A stretch of 64,000 bases of DNA from an uncultured Candidatus Saccharibacteria bacterium (lineage in GTDB: Bacteria > Patescibacteriota > Minisyncoccia > SW-4-49-11). The translations under genes and the position numbers were made by a program. The notes under the pieces are model-generated. The model was given only the letters and a program-made list of their open reading frames with translations. It made no database searches and was not told the origin of the DNA. The stretch is from the NCBI GenBank assembly GCA_964633865.1, contig CAZWIJ010000005.1, positions 6,453-70,452 of the forward strand, read 5' to 3'. This document shows positions 8,695-18,793 of this stretch, in pieces (the first letter of the stretch is position 1; every line of letters starts with the position of its first letter).

Positions 8695-9960
8695 ATGAGA
8701 AAAAATGGATTCACACTACTAGAATTAATTCTTTATATTAGTATAGCAGGAGTTACTATTGGAGTAATGGTATTTGGTCTAAACCAAATATATAAGATAA
8801 ACACTGCAAATAATGTTAGCTCTACAGTTAATACTGAAGCTAATAAAATATCTGATTTAATAAAATCAAATGTAGAATCAGCTGATACTATTGTATTACC
8901 TGATAATTCCAATTTGACTGGAGACAGCTTAACTTTATATTTTAATGATCAATCTACTAAAACATTTAACATAAATGGTGATAATTTTCAAATTATAAAT
9001 TCACCTTCTAACCTAGTTCAAACTATAAATATTGAAACTATAATAGTTTCTGATCTAACTTTTAATCTTATTAATAACGATAACTCTAATTATAAAGAAG
9101 GTATAAAATTTAGCTTTACAGTTACTTATAGACAATCTAATCTTGCTCCAGATAGCTTTGAATATGATAGTGAATTAAATGTTACAGACACTGTTTATCT
9201 AAATAAATTTACTGATATAAATCAAGAATCTTTATATTTAATGGAAGCATCTATCAAATCAAATCCTAATTTATCTATTTGGTTAGATGCTAATGACTCT
9301 AATTTAATAAAAGATGTAGATAATAAAGTTTCCACCTGGACAGACAAAAGTAATAATAATAGATTAGTTAACCAACCAACCTTAGCTAATCAACCTGTAT
9401 TTACTAATAATATACTTAACTCTTATCCTGTAATTAGATTTGATGGAACAGATGATTTTTTAAGTTTTGATGGAGGTTTTCTTCTCAACACCAAATATGA
9501 TATTTATATTGTGGGAGCTAGAAACTCTGATAAAAGTAATAACTTCTGGTTAGCTGGAGATTCTATAAATCAAAATGAGAATTTAAATATAGGTTATTTT
9601 GATGATACCACTCTTAGATTCTCACAACTAAATAATAATCTTGATGAAACTGTTGATCCATTCGCAAATCCAGAATTTAGATTATTTAATTTTAGTAATA
9701 ATTTGGTTGGTAAAAATATAGAACAAAATGGATTGTCTATTGCTGGTAACACTAATACTACTGATCTAATTTCATTTAATAATGCAAGCATAGGTAATTT
9801 TCTTAATACTGATTATTTAGATGGAGATATAGCCGAAATTTTAATATTTAATGCTAACCTAACAGAATACGATAAATCTATTGTGCTTGATTATCTGAAT
9901 ACAAAGTATAATATATATATTTCTAATGATACAAATTTATATATGGATGATTCTAACTAA
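8695..9960 (+). CDS. Prepilin-type N-terminal cleavage/methylation-domain protein with C-terminal LamG-like lectin domain (minor pilin or adhesin)
   Basis: KNG|FTLLELILYISIAGV prepilin motif. The C-terminus FDGTDDFLSFDGG...LDGDIAEILIFNANLTEYDKSIVLDYLNTKYNIY is paralogous to the C-terminus of the 7550 gene. Confidence 0.6.
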   Translation: MRKNGFTLLELILYISIAGVTIGVMVFGLNQIYKINTANNVSSTVNTEANKISDLIKSNVESADTIVLPDNSNLTGDSLTLYFNDQSTKTFNINGDNFQIINSPSNLVQTINIETIIVSDLTFNLINNDNSNYKEGIKFSFTVTYRQSNLAPDSFEYDSELNVTDTVYLNKFTDINQESLYLMEASIKSNPNLSIWLDANDSNLIKDVDNKVSTWTDKSNNNRLVNQPTLANQPVFTNNILNSYPVIRFDGTDDFLSFDGGFLLNTKYDIYIVGARNSDKSNNFWLAGDSINQNENLNIGYFDDTTLRFSQLNNNLDETVDPFANPEFRLFNFSNNLVGKNIEQNGLSIAGNTNTTDLISFNNASIGNFLNTDYLDGDIAEILIFNANLTEYDKSIVLDYLNTKYNIYISNDTNLYMDDSN

Positions 9961-10016
9961 AGAAAAAAGAGCTCTTACAGATTATGTACTAGATCTTTTT
10001 TTATACTTTAGGTAAT

Positions 10017-12890
10017 TTATAGAACTCTGATAGCAACTTTAATTTCACTGTTCTCTACTTTGATTGAATGGATATTCTCTTCTGTATCAAATTTGGTATA
10101 GATAAACTCATCCACTCCGACAGGGATTTTGATTATATATTGATTTTTCTTGATTGTATTTTCTAAAGCTTTGTTTGCATCAATACTTAGGACTATTCTT
10201 TGTTCCATTGATAATTTCTCTTTCTTTCTTACCATTTGAAGATTTCTGATAATTTCTCTTACCAATCCCTCTTGTTTTAGTTCTTCAGTTAATTTAGTAT
10301 CTAAAAAGATTGTGATTGTATTATCTGTCAGAGAAATAGTATCTATAAGATCCCCTTCAGAAACATTTTTGACATTAATTTCGGTTGCTATAATTTCTTT
10401 CATCCAATCTTTCAATACCAGATTAGATACAGACAATTCTAATAAAGGTTGTCTTACCTTGATAGCTGATTGATCTCTTAATTTGAATCCAGTCTCTACC
10501 ACTACTTTCACCTTTTCCATATCAAGCAAGATTTCTTGATTGATTTCTTTTTCATAAGAAACAGGATAATCTGTCAAATGAATTGATTCTGGAGCTTCTT
10601 TGTCTATTGGTATAACTAATTTTTGGTATAAATATTCAGTTATGAAAGGTGAAAATGGAGATAAGACTTTGAGTAAATCTATATAGACTTGATAAATTAT
10701 TTGTAATGATTCTCTATTTCCATTAGCAAAATCTGCTCTTGAAATTCTAATATACCATTTAGAAAATTCTTCCATAAAATCTTTAATTTCTCTTAGAGCT
10801 TGTGATATTTTGTACTTATCAAGACTTTCTGTCACTTCCCTCACCATCAAGTTAAATTTTGATAATAACCAGATATTTTTAGCTTGTGTTGGATTAACTC
10901 TTATTTTGCTCAGTTCCAAATTATGCAAGTTTGAATAAGTCACAATAAAAGAGTACATATTCCAAATTGGCAACATATATTCTTGATTCATAACCTTCAA
11001 AGTTTTGTCAGATATTGTGGTATCTTCTCCCGCAACAATTGGAGTGGAGAAAAAATTTAGTCTGATTGAATCTGCTCCAAATTTATCCAAAAGTTCATTT
11101 GGATCTGTATAATTTTGCTTAGATTTGGATAGTTTTTGCCCATCATCAGCCAAGACCATACCGTTTACTACTACTTGTTTATAAGGTGATTTACCAAATA
11201 AAGCTGTTGAAATCGCCATCAATGAATAAAACCAACCCCTTGTCTGATCTACTCCTTCTGCTATATATTCGGCTGGGAATTTTTGTGTAAATAGTTCTTT
11301 GTTCTCAAATGGATAATGAAATCTAGCGAAAGGCATTGCTCCTGAATCATACCAAACATCAATAACATCTTTGATTCTCGTATATTCTTCTCCATCAATT
11401 GTGAATTTTATATCATCGACAAAAGGTCTATGTGGATCTGAAATTTTGGTTCCTGTTAGATTTTCTATCTCCTCAAAAGATCCTATCACTTTAACTTTAC
11501 CTGATTCTGATTTCCAAACTGGAAGTGGTGTCCCCCAATATCTACTTCTGGATATTCCCCAATCTTTGATTTCCGCTAACCAATGTCCAAATCTCCCCTC
11601 TTTGATATGTTCTGGCATCCAACCTACAGATTTATTGTTATTGACAAGTTCATTTCTTAATTTTGACATTGCAACATACCAGGATGTAATAGGCTTATAG
11701 ATAAGAGGTGTGTTAGTTCTCCAACACATAGGCATATCATGAGTATAATCTTCAGCTTTCAATAATCTTTCTCTTTCTGTCAAATCTTTAGTTATATATT
11801 TATTTGCTTTTTTATAAAACATTCCTGCATAATCTTTGATTTCGTCTGTAAAAGTACCTGTATCATCTAATACATCTAGTGATTCTATTCCAACTTTTTG
11901 AAAAATTTCATTATCCTCAGCTCCATAGGGTGCCAAATGAACAATCCCAGTACCAGATTCAGTTGTTACATGAAATCCATCATAAACTTTGAAACAATTT
12001 TTTCTTCCTTTGAAATAATCAAATAGAGGTTTATATTCAAGTCCTATTAATTCTTCGCCCAATATTTCTTCCAAAATACTATGTTCTTGATCCCCAAATA
12101 CACTTTCCACCAAATCAGAAGCCACCACAAAATTTCCTTTAAGAGTCTTTACTTTGGAGTATTTGAGATCTTTTCCCACGGCTAAAGCAAAATTGGTTGG
12201 TAATGTCCAAGGAGTTGTTGTCCAAGCAAGAATACTAAAATCTCTGTCAATCACTGGGAAAATAACTGTAACTGCTGTATCCACAATTGGTTTATAACCA
12301 CCTAAAGCAACTTCTGCATTAGAGAGAGTTGTACCAGCTCTAGTAGAATATGGAACCACTTTAAAACCTTCATACAATAAATCTTTTTTGTAAAGCTCTG
12401 ATAGAGACCACCAAACAGATTCTATATAATCACTATCCATTGTAGCATACTCTTCCGTATCATTGGCAAGTCTACCCATTCTTTCTTCTAATTCTATAAT
12501 TCTATCCCGATGTTCCAAAACAGACTCTCTACATAATTGGTTAAATTTTTCTATCCCAAATTTTTCTATATCTTTTTTTTCAGTAAAACCAAGTTTTTTC
12601 TCCACTTCATATTCTACAGGGATTCCTTGACAATCCCAACCAATACTCCTGTTCACTCTATATCCCTGCATTGTCCAATATCTAGGATAAATATCTTTTA
12701 GAGCAAAAGTTAACATATGCCCATGATGTGGAGCACCGTTAGCTGTGATAGGTCCATCAAAAAAAGTTTTTGACATATTTTCTGGTCTTTGTTTGATAGA
12801 TTTCTCTAATATATTTTCTATTTTCCACCATTTCAAAGTTTGTGCTTCTAATTCTGGAAATGATACTTTAAAAATAGGTTTTTCGAACAT
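10017..12890 (-). CDS. ileS: Isoleucine--tRNA ligase (type 2 / eukaryote-like form)
   Basis: Motifs read: FFDGPITANGAPHHGH (HIGH), GWDCQGIPVE, KLSKSK (KMSKS). Length 957 aa. Confidence 0.85.
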   Translation of the reverse strand: MFEKPIFKVSFPELEAQTLKWWKIENILEKSIKQRPENMSKTFFDGPITANGAPHHGHMLTFALKDIYPRYWTMQGYRVNRSIGWDCQGIPVEYEVEKKLGFTEKKDIEKFGIEKFNQLCRESVLEHRDRIIELEERMGRLANDTEEYATMDSDYIESVWWSLSELYKKDLLYEGFKVVPYSTRAGTTLSNAEVALGGYKPIVDTAVTVIFPVIDRDFSILAWTTTPWTLPTNFALAVGKDLKYSKVKTLKGNFVVASDLVESVFGDQEHSILEEILGEELIGLEYKPLFDYFKGRKNCFKVYDGFHVTTESGTGIVHLAPYGAEDNEIFQKVGIESLDVLDDTGTFTDEIKDYAGMFYKKANKYITKDLTERERLLKAEDYTHDMPMCWRTNTPLIYKPITSWYVAMSKLRNELVNNNKSVGWMPEHIKEGRFGHWLAEIKDWGISRSRYWGTPLPVWKSESGKVKVIGSFEEIENLTGTKISDPHRPFVDDIKFTIDGEEYTRIKDVIDVWYDSGAMPFARFHYPFENKELFTQKFPAEYIAEGVDQTRGWFYSLMAISTALFGKSPYKQVVVNGMVLADDGQKLSKSKQNYTDPNELLDKFGADSIRLNFFSTPIVAGEDTTISDKTLKVMNQEYMLPIWNMYSFIVTYSNLHNLELSKIRVNPTQAKNIWLLSKFNLMVREVTESLDKYKISQALREIKDFMEEFSKWYIRISRADFANGNRESLQIIYQVYIDLLKVLSPFSPFITEYLYQKLVIPIDKEAPESIHLTDYPVSYEKEINQEILLDMEKVKVVVETGFKLRDQSAIKVRQPLLELSVSNLVLKDWMKEIIATEINVKNVSEGDLIDTISLTDNTITIFLDTKLTEELKQEGLVREIIRNLQMVRKKEKLSMEQRIVLSIDANKALENTIKKNQYIIKIPVGVDEFIYTKFDTEENIHSIKVENSEIKVAIRVL

Positions 12891-13018
12891 AATACTTTAA
12901 TAAATTTAATTTAATATAAAATATTATAGCATAAATTTTTCATTGTTTCAAAAGGTACATAAATTGAATAAAAATTTATTATAAAAATGTAAATTACTAT
13001 TGACACTAAGCTTTATTT

Positions 13019-13510
13019 ATGATACAATTTTCCTGTCCTAAATTTGCACTTTATTATATTATGAAAAAAGATTTTCTTCCTTGCAGTTCCTATTATTTTC
13101 AGACAATTGATGATCTAGAATATAAGATTGAGTTTAAATACGATCCTGCAAAGGATCAACGAGCTTTTATAATAATTACTTACAGAGATTTGGAAATTTT
13201 GAATTCATGGATAAGCCTAACTGGGTTTTCTATGGCAGCAAATCAATCTTTCTATATCTCACATTTTGCTTATAATTCAAATCATAAGCAAATAATGATT
13301 GAAGTTTTAGAATCCTTCATTTGGATTTATCAAAATCTAAATGGGGACAATGAGTTTGCTGTTGGAACTCCTAAATGGCTCTTCAATGTATTTAAAGACG
13401 AGTTTCGATTAAAAGAAACTTCAAGCTTTACTTATCTTTTAATTCCTAAAGAATACAAAATTTCTGATTTAAATCCATTCCCATGGATGATATTAGTAGA
13501 ACAAAGATAG
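13019..13510 (+). CDS. Hypothetical protein (163 aa), no recognisable motif
   Basis: Isolated plus-strand ORF between convergent/divergent neighbours. Terminator hairpin directly downstream. Confidence 0.3.
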   Translation: MIQFSCPKFALYYIMKKDFLPCSSYYFQTIDDLEYKIEFKYDPAKDQRAFIIITYRDLEILNSWISLTGFSMAANQSFYISHFAYNSNHKQIMIEVLESFIWIYQNLNGDNEFAVGTPKWLFNVFKDEFRLKETSSFTYLLIPKEYKISDLNPFPWMILVEQR

Positions 13511-13534
13511 TAAAATAAATTAATTTAAACCATT

Positions 13535-13562
13535 AAGTCTCTTCGTAAGAGACTTTTTTATT
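13535..13562 (+). terminator. Rho-independent terminator (plus strand)
   Basis: AAGTCTCTT-cgt-AAGAGACTT hairpin followed by a T-tract. Confidence 0.6.
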
Positions 13563-13565
13563 TAG

Positions 13566-13601
13566 ATAAAAAATAACCTCTCCTTACAAAAAAGAGAGGT
13601 C
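13566..13601 (-). terminator. Rho-independent terminator (minus strand, after the ABC exporter)
   Basis: On the minus strand: ACCTCTCTT-ttttgta-AGGAGAGGT followed by TTATTTTTT. Confidence 0.55.
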
Positions 13602-13611
13602 TAATACATAT

Positions 13612-15327
13612 TTACATAAAGTTTAATTGTTTGTAGAGATCACAATGATCTAATAGATATTCATGATTACCTGTACAGACAATTCGTCCATTATCAAGGA
13701 CAAGAATAATATCTGAATCTCGGACAGTAGAAAGCCTGTGGGCAATTACTATCCAAGTTTTTTTACCAGATATTTCATCTAATATCTGAAAATTTGTTTG
13801 GATATTTTTTTCCGTAATATTATCTAGACTAGCTGTTGCTTCATCTAGCACAATAATACTTGGATTTTTAAACAAAAGACGAGCTATAGCCAATCTTTGC
13901 TTCTCTCCACCAGAAAGCTTAGTACCTGCTTGACCTAATTTTGTATCAAGTCTATAAGGTAAATTCAAGATAAACTCTGCTGAGGCTTGATTAATAATCT
14001 TTAGTAATTGATCATCATTTCGGTATTTAGATTTATTACCAAAAATAATATTGTCCCTTACAGTCCCTGAAAACAAAGGCACATCTTGAGATACATAACC
14101 AATTTGTTGGTAAAAACTCTGCTCAGAGTATTCCGATAAAAAGTTACCATCTACAAAGATTTCTCCTTGAAATTTAGGATAAAGCCCCATTAGAATTTTC
14201 ACAAAAGTACTTTTACCAGCACCAGAAGGTCCAACTAAAGCTATTTTAATTTTACTTGGGAGAAATAGATTAATATTATGTAAAATCTCAAGATTATCAT
14301 GATAACCAAATCTAAGATTTGAGATCTCTATTCCTTGAGATAATCCTTGAAAGTTTATACCAGGTGAGCTAAAAATAGTGACTGGCTGATACTCCAATAA
14401 ATCGATTAACCCCTCAATGTTTTTCCACATCATAGACTCTTCTGAGCTTTTATTTTGGAATATCCAAATTAACTGAAGCACTTTGTGAGCATACATAATC
14501 AAAGCCATAATACCACCAGAATCCAAGCTTCCACTTGCTACTTTAGGTAATAAGATAAGAAGACTCATCACCATAATAAAATTACCAGAGTTATATGAAA
14601 AGATATCTAGTAGTAACTCTAAGCCAAAAATTTTACCTTCTTTTTCAGAAATTTCTTTGGTTTTAGATTTACAATCTTCCACTAAATCTTTCTCTGCTTG
14701 GTAAGTTCTGACTATTGTCAAGTTTTCTAGGATTTCTCTTTGGCTAATATCCAACCCTCTTTGAATATCATATTTCTGATCATATAATTCCTCAACTATA
14801 GGTCCTAGATAGATTTTACTAATAAAACATAAAATCCCAATTACCAGAACCCCAATTGAGAATATTGGATCTTGCGACCAGAGATAAAATAAGGCCCCAA
14901 CAGATACAGGAACAGAGACAAAAATATCGCCATTCCCTAAGAAATAAAAAATTTTCCCGAGTGACTCTAAACCATCTTCTGCTTTAGAAATAATATTTTC
15001 TGATCCTTCTTGATCATAGAACATTATATCTAATTTTAGAAGTTTCTCAAAAACAATTTGACGGATTTCTGTTAAATAACTCCCTCTAACAGAATTCTTA
15101 ACCAAAGAAACTGCGGGAATACAAGAAAATAATATTCCCATAACAATCAAACTGATAAAAAACCAGTTGATTTCCCCTAAATTAGCTTCTTCTGTCACAG
15201 TTTGAAAAGCCCAAGGAAGAAATGATTCCAAGCCTCCAAAAAACACTATACAAATAACTAAGATTATTATTTGCAAATAATAATTTGAAAAACTTGTAAA
15301 AACCCAAAGAATAGTTTTTTGATTCAT
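13612..15327 (-). CDS. ABC transporter, fused permease/ATP-binding protein (exporter, MsbA-like)
   Basis: N-terminal ~6 TM segments. Walker A GPSGAGKST, ABC signature LSGGEKQRLAIARLL, Walker B IIVLDEATASLD. Confidence 0.85.
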   Translation of the reverse strand: MNQKTILWVFTSFSNYYLQIIILVICIVFFGGLESFLPWAFQTVTEEANLGEINWFFISLIVMGILFSCIPAVSLVKNSVRGSYLTEIRQIVFEKLLKLDIMFYDQEGSENIISKAEDGLESLGKIFYFLGNGDIFVSVPVSVGALFYLWSQDPIFSIGVLVIGILCFISKIYLGPIVEELYDQKYDIQRGLDISQREILENLTIVRTYQAEKDLVEDCKSKTKEISEKEGKIFGLELLLDIFSYNSGNFIMVMSLLILLPKVASGSLDSGGIMALIMYAHKVLQLIWIFQNKSSEESMMWKNIEGLIDLLEYQPVTIFSSPGINFQGLSQGIEISNLRFGYHDNLEILHNINLFLPSKIKIALVGPSGAGKSTFVKILMGLYPKFQGEIFVDGNFLSEYSEQSFYQQIGYVSQDVPLFSGTVRDNIIFGNKSKYRNDDQLLKIINQASAEFILNLPYRLDTKLGQAGTKLSGGEKQRLAIARLLFKNPSIIVLDEATASLDNITEKNIQTNFQILDEISGKKTWIVIAHRLSTVRDSDIILVLDNGRIVCTGNHEYLLDHCDLYKQLNFM

Positions 15328-15580
15328 TTAAGAGACAATATCCTATTTTTAAAAGTACATTCTAAACACACAAAAAGTGTAAATTTATATTAACATTTTT
15401 TAGAAAAAAGTCAAGTTATAGAATGTTATTATCTTCATTTCAAAATAACACCTATTATTAATTTAATATATAAATACAAATTATTCATTACTAATTTATA
15501 TCATTTAATTTTTTATTGCTTTTATCTATTAAATTTGATATAATTAATAGCTTACTTAGTAGATTTTAAATAAGATTTTT

Positions 15581-16735
15581 ATGTCATCACAAAATAATAA
15601 GTTAGAAATATTAGATATAATAAATTCATCTGAATCAATATTGATACCATTATCAAAAATAAGTTGGAAAAAAGATATTGGATTAGCTCTTGCTCTTGGA
15701 TATATTATGGAACAAAAAGGGAAAAAAGTTAGTATTATTTTACCTGAAAAAGTTAATGCCACTTATTTAGATTTCTTACCTATGAATTTAGTTTCAGATT
15801 TGAGTCTTTTACAAAAATATTCTGTAATATCAATCAATATGGATCAATTCCCTATTGAAGAATTAAAGTATGATATAAATGGAAATAATCTAGAAATATT
15901 TTTATCTCAAGGCTTGATTCCACTAAAACCTGAATTTACTAAGATTCTTACAAATCAAATTATATTTAATTTAATCTTTGGAATAAATAACAAGCATTGG
16001 AATGATCTAGGTAAAATTTATGATGATAATCAAATTTTATTCCAAAAAACACCTTCAATTGGATTTGATACTAATTCTGAATCTCTATACACTAACTTTA
16101 AATATATTGGAAACAACAATACATTATCCACAGTAGAAATTATTTATGATTTCATAAAAGATAATTTCAGTGAATACATAAATAAAAATGTTGCTACGGC
16201 ATTATACTTGAGCTTAGTTCTAGAAACAGATAATTTTACTTCCCCTAATATAAATTATAGATTATTTGAAATTGCTTCAAATCTTTTAGAACTAGGAGTT
16301 GACAAAGATAATGTGATTCGTATACTTTATAAATCAAAATCTTTAAATAAAATTAAATTACTAGGTAGAGTACTCTCTCATTTAAGTTTCTATGATATAG
16401 ATGATTCAAAGAATTTTAAAATTGCTTCCATAAAATTATTTAATCATGATTTTTTAAAAACTAATACTAATAAAGATGATTTAGAAGTTGTTTTAGACAA
16501 TTTAAAAGACTATTTAGATGTCAATATTATAGGAATTAATTTAATTTTAGAAAATGGAACTAATATCAAGGAAGGTATAATTAATTTGTTTAAAAGTACA
16601 TACAATTTAAGTATGACTTTTAATGGAGAATATATCGACAATAATTTTTATTATCAATATCCATCTGAGAAAGACATTGATAATACTTTAGATGAGGTAA
16701 ATCAAAAAATTAAAATTATTTTAACTGAATTATAA
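15581..16735 (+). CDS. DHH/DHHA1-fold protein related to NrnA-type phosphoesterases but with degenerate catalytic motifs
   Basis: The architecture resembles NrnA: N-terminal ILIPLSKISWKKDIGLALALGY where NrnA has the DHH motif, and LVLETDNF where NrnA has GDTG.F. The His/Asp residues are replaced. Confidence 0.35.
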   Translation: MSSQNNKLEILDIINSSESILIPLSKISWKKDIGLALALGYIMEQKGKKVSIILPEKVNATYLDFLPMNLVSDLSLLQKYSVISINMDQFPIEELKYDINGNNLEIFLSQGLIPLKPEFTKILTNQIIFNLIFGINNKHWNDLGKIYDDNQILFQKTPSIGFDTNSESLYTNFKYIGNNNTLSTVEIIYDFIKDNFSEYINKNVATALYLSLVLETDNFTSPNINYRLFEIASNLLELGVDKDNVIRILYKSKSLNKIKLLGRVLSHLSFYDIDDSKNFKIASIKLFNHDFLKTNTNKDDLEVVLDNLKDYLDVNIIGINLILENGTNIKEGIINLFKSTYNLSMTFNGEYIDNNFYYQYPSEKDIDNTLDEVNQKIKIILTEL

Positions 16736-16753
16736 ATAATAAACTAATATATA

Positions 16754-17026
16754 ATGATAATGAATACCTTACAAAAAATAGAACAAATATTAGAAGAAAT
16801 TAGAAAAGTACTAGAACTAGATGGAGGAGATATTCAATTAATCTCATTTGAAAACAAAATTTTGACTTTAGAATTACAAGGAGCATGTTCTACCTGTGCT
16901 ATGTCAAATATAACATTTGGTATGATTCTAAATAATAAAATTAAAGATAGATGTGGTAATGATGTAAAAGAAATTTTATATTTAAATTCTATAAATGACG
17001 GTGAGATTTCACTATATTCTAAATAA
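16754..17026 (+). CDS. NifU-like (Nfu-type) Fe-S cluster assembly domain protein
   Basis: LELDGGDIQLISFENKILTLELQGACSTCAMSNITFGMI matches the Nfu C-terminal CxxC domain. Confidence 0.65.
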   Translation: MIMNTLQKIEQILEEIRKVLELDGGDIQLISFENKILTLELQGACSTCAMSNITFGMILNNKIKDRCGNDVKEILYLNSINDGEISLYSK

Positions 17027-17028
17027 AT

Positions 17029-18057
17029 CTAATCCAAAGCTTTATTAATTTTATTTTCATCAATAACTCTATCAAATCTTTGATTATTTATAAATACTGT
17101 AGGTATTTTTCTAGTTTTTATCTCGTTTTTGACTAAATCATTTTGATTTGCCAAACTTTCTTTAATTTCTTTACTATCTGCTAATTCTTGTATAGATTTA
17201 ATCTCTTCCTTAGATAAGTCTAATTCTTCTTTTAATAATTTTTCTATTTTAGGTTCTAAATCAGATAAAGGAGTTTTTAGAAAATATTCTTGATATGAAG
17301 CAAAATAAACATCTAAAAATTTTATATCCATACCCTCAATACTTTTCAATGATTCAATAATACTTGCTAAATAATATGAATTTTCGTATCTATACCCTAT
17401 CTCACCATATGGAATTGGATATAAAAGATAAGTTATTTTGGATTTGGAATAAGCTTCAGATTCTTTCAGATTTAACCATTGATTTTTACAAAAAACACAA
17501 CTAGGATCCATAATTTCTAAAACTAAATTATCTGATTCAATATTTCCTGTGTATGTTGAACTATCTATAGAATAATCTCTAGGTTCCCATTTTCTAAATT
17601 TATCTGGAATTCTACTAAAAGTTTCTTTATAATAATCTGTTTGCTCCATTAAATATGTTTTTGTATCCCAAATAGGAGCTCTTTTAACTCCAATATTACA
17701 AGAATCTCCAGAAAGTGAACATCCCTCTTCTGAGAAAGGATTACATGTATCATAAACCCATAAATTAATTCCTGAATGAAATACAGACCATAGACTCCAT
17801 ATAGAAATAATAACAATTGTCCATGCCCAAAATTCCATAGTTTTTAATAAAAATTTAGCAAACTTTGGTGATCTATAGGCAAAGAGAGAAACTATTTCAT
17901 TTTTTAATTCTGAACCAAAATCTATATCACATGGTTTAAATGTAGCTCTCATAGTAACACAATGTAGTGATTTTTTGAACCATTTTCTATATAATGGGAA
18001 AAACATACCTACAGGGAATAAAGCTACAAAGATTACAAATGCAATTATACAAAACAT
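17029..18057 (-). CDS. Membrane-anchored thiol:disulfide oxidoreductase (DsbA-like thioredoxin fold, CVFC active site) with N-terminal Cys-containing membrane domain
   Basis: Two N-terminal TM helices with Cys pairs. The C-terminal part has DPSCVFCKNQW (CxxC) and the cis-Pro-like KIPTVFIN. Confidence 0.45.
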   Translation of the reverse strand: MFCIIAFVIFVALFPVGMFFPLYRKWFKKSLHCVTMRATFKPCDIDFGSELKNEIVSLFAYRSPKFAKFLLKTMEFWAWTIVIISIWSLWSVFHSGINLWVYDTCNPFSEEGCSLSGDSCNIGVKRAPIWDTKTYLMEQTDYYKETFSRIPDKFRKWEPRDYSIDSSTYTGNIESDNLVLEIMDPSCVFCKNQWLNLKESEAYSKSKITYLLYPIPYGEIGYRYENSYYLASIIESLKSIEGMDIKFLDVYFASYQEYFLKTPLSDLEPKIEKLLKEELDLSKEEIKSIQELADSKEIKESLANQNDLVKNEIKTRKIPTVFINNQRFDRVIDENKINKALD

Positions 18058-18065
18058 ATTTTTAT

Positions 18066-18788
18066 TTAGTTATTACTTTTATTTACTATCTCCCAAAAAT
18101 TATGCATTAAGGTATAAACATCTATATTTATATTTTCATCAAATGGTAAACAATGCTCCATATATTCTGGGTACATTTTTATTCTATGATTAAAATCTTC
18201 TATACTTAATTCTGGATGAAATTGTGTACCATAAAAATTCTTATACTGAAAAGCTTGTATGTTACATTTATTACTATAAGCTAAAATTTTTACAGCTTTA
18301 TTATTTAATGACACAACAGAAGATTTATGACTCAAAACACTATAAAATTCTTTTTCTAAACCCTTAAATAATCTATCCTTTATTCCATATTCTGTTAATA
18401 TAATCTTATTCACACCTGTTTCTGCTTGATTTTTATCTGGAAAAACATTCCCTCCTAAATAATCTGCTATTAATTGATGTCCAAAACATATTCCTAATGT
18501 AGGTATCTGTAAATGCTCTACTTCTTTTAGAAACTCCTTCATCTTATTAATTACAGATTCTAAGGTTTTTATTTTATGTAAATCAACCTCTTCATATCCA
18601 CTTTCTCCATTACCACCCAAAATTATACCCTTAGATCTTTTAGCTAAATATATTAGGTCTTTACTATCCAAATCACCATAAGCATTCACAATTGTATAAT
18701 TTGTATAATCCTTTGCAAGAGCATTATGTAAACACTTTACTTCATGATGACCTGAATTATCTTTTCTAAATTGTATAATTAAAATCAT
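18066..18788 (-). CDS. Class I glutamine amidotransferase-like protein
   Basis: LGICFGHQL (Cys nucleophile) and a downstream FHPE (His/Glu). 240 aa. Confidence 0.6.
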   Translation of the reverse strand: MILIIQFRKDNSGHHEVKCLHNALAKDYTNYTIVNAYGDLDSKDLIYLAKRSKGIILGGNGESGYEEVDLHKIKTLESVINKMKEFLKEVEHLQIPTLGICFGHQLIADYLGGNVFPDKNQAETGVNKIILTEYGIKDRLFKGLEKEFYSVLSHKSSVVSLNNKAVKILAYSNKCNIQAFQYKNFYGTQFHPELSIEDFNHRIKMYPEYMEHCLPFDENINIDVYTLMHNFWEIVNKSNN

Positions 18789-18793
18789 ATAAA

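Noticed and set aside
9961-10016. Intrinsic terminator between the convergent pilin-like gene and ileS
   Set aside because: Only short self-palindromes (AAGAGCTCTT, AGATCT) are present, with no convincing stem-loop. Not called.
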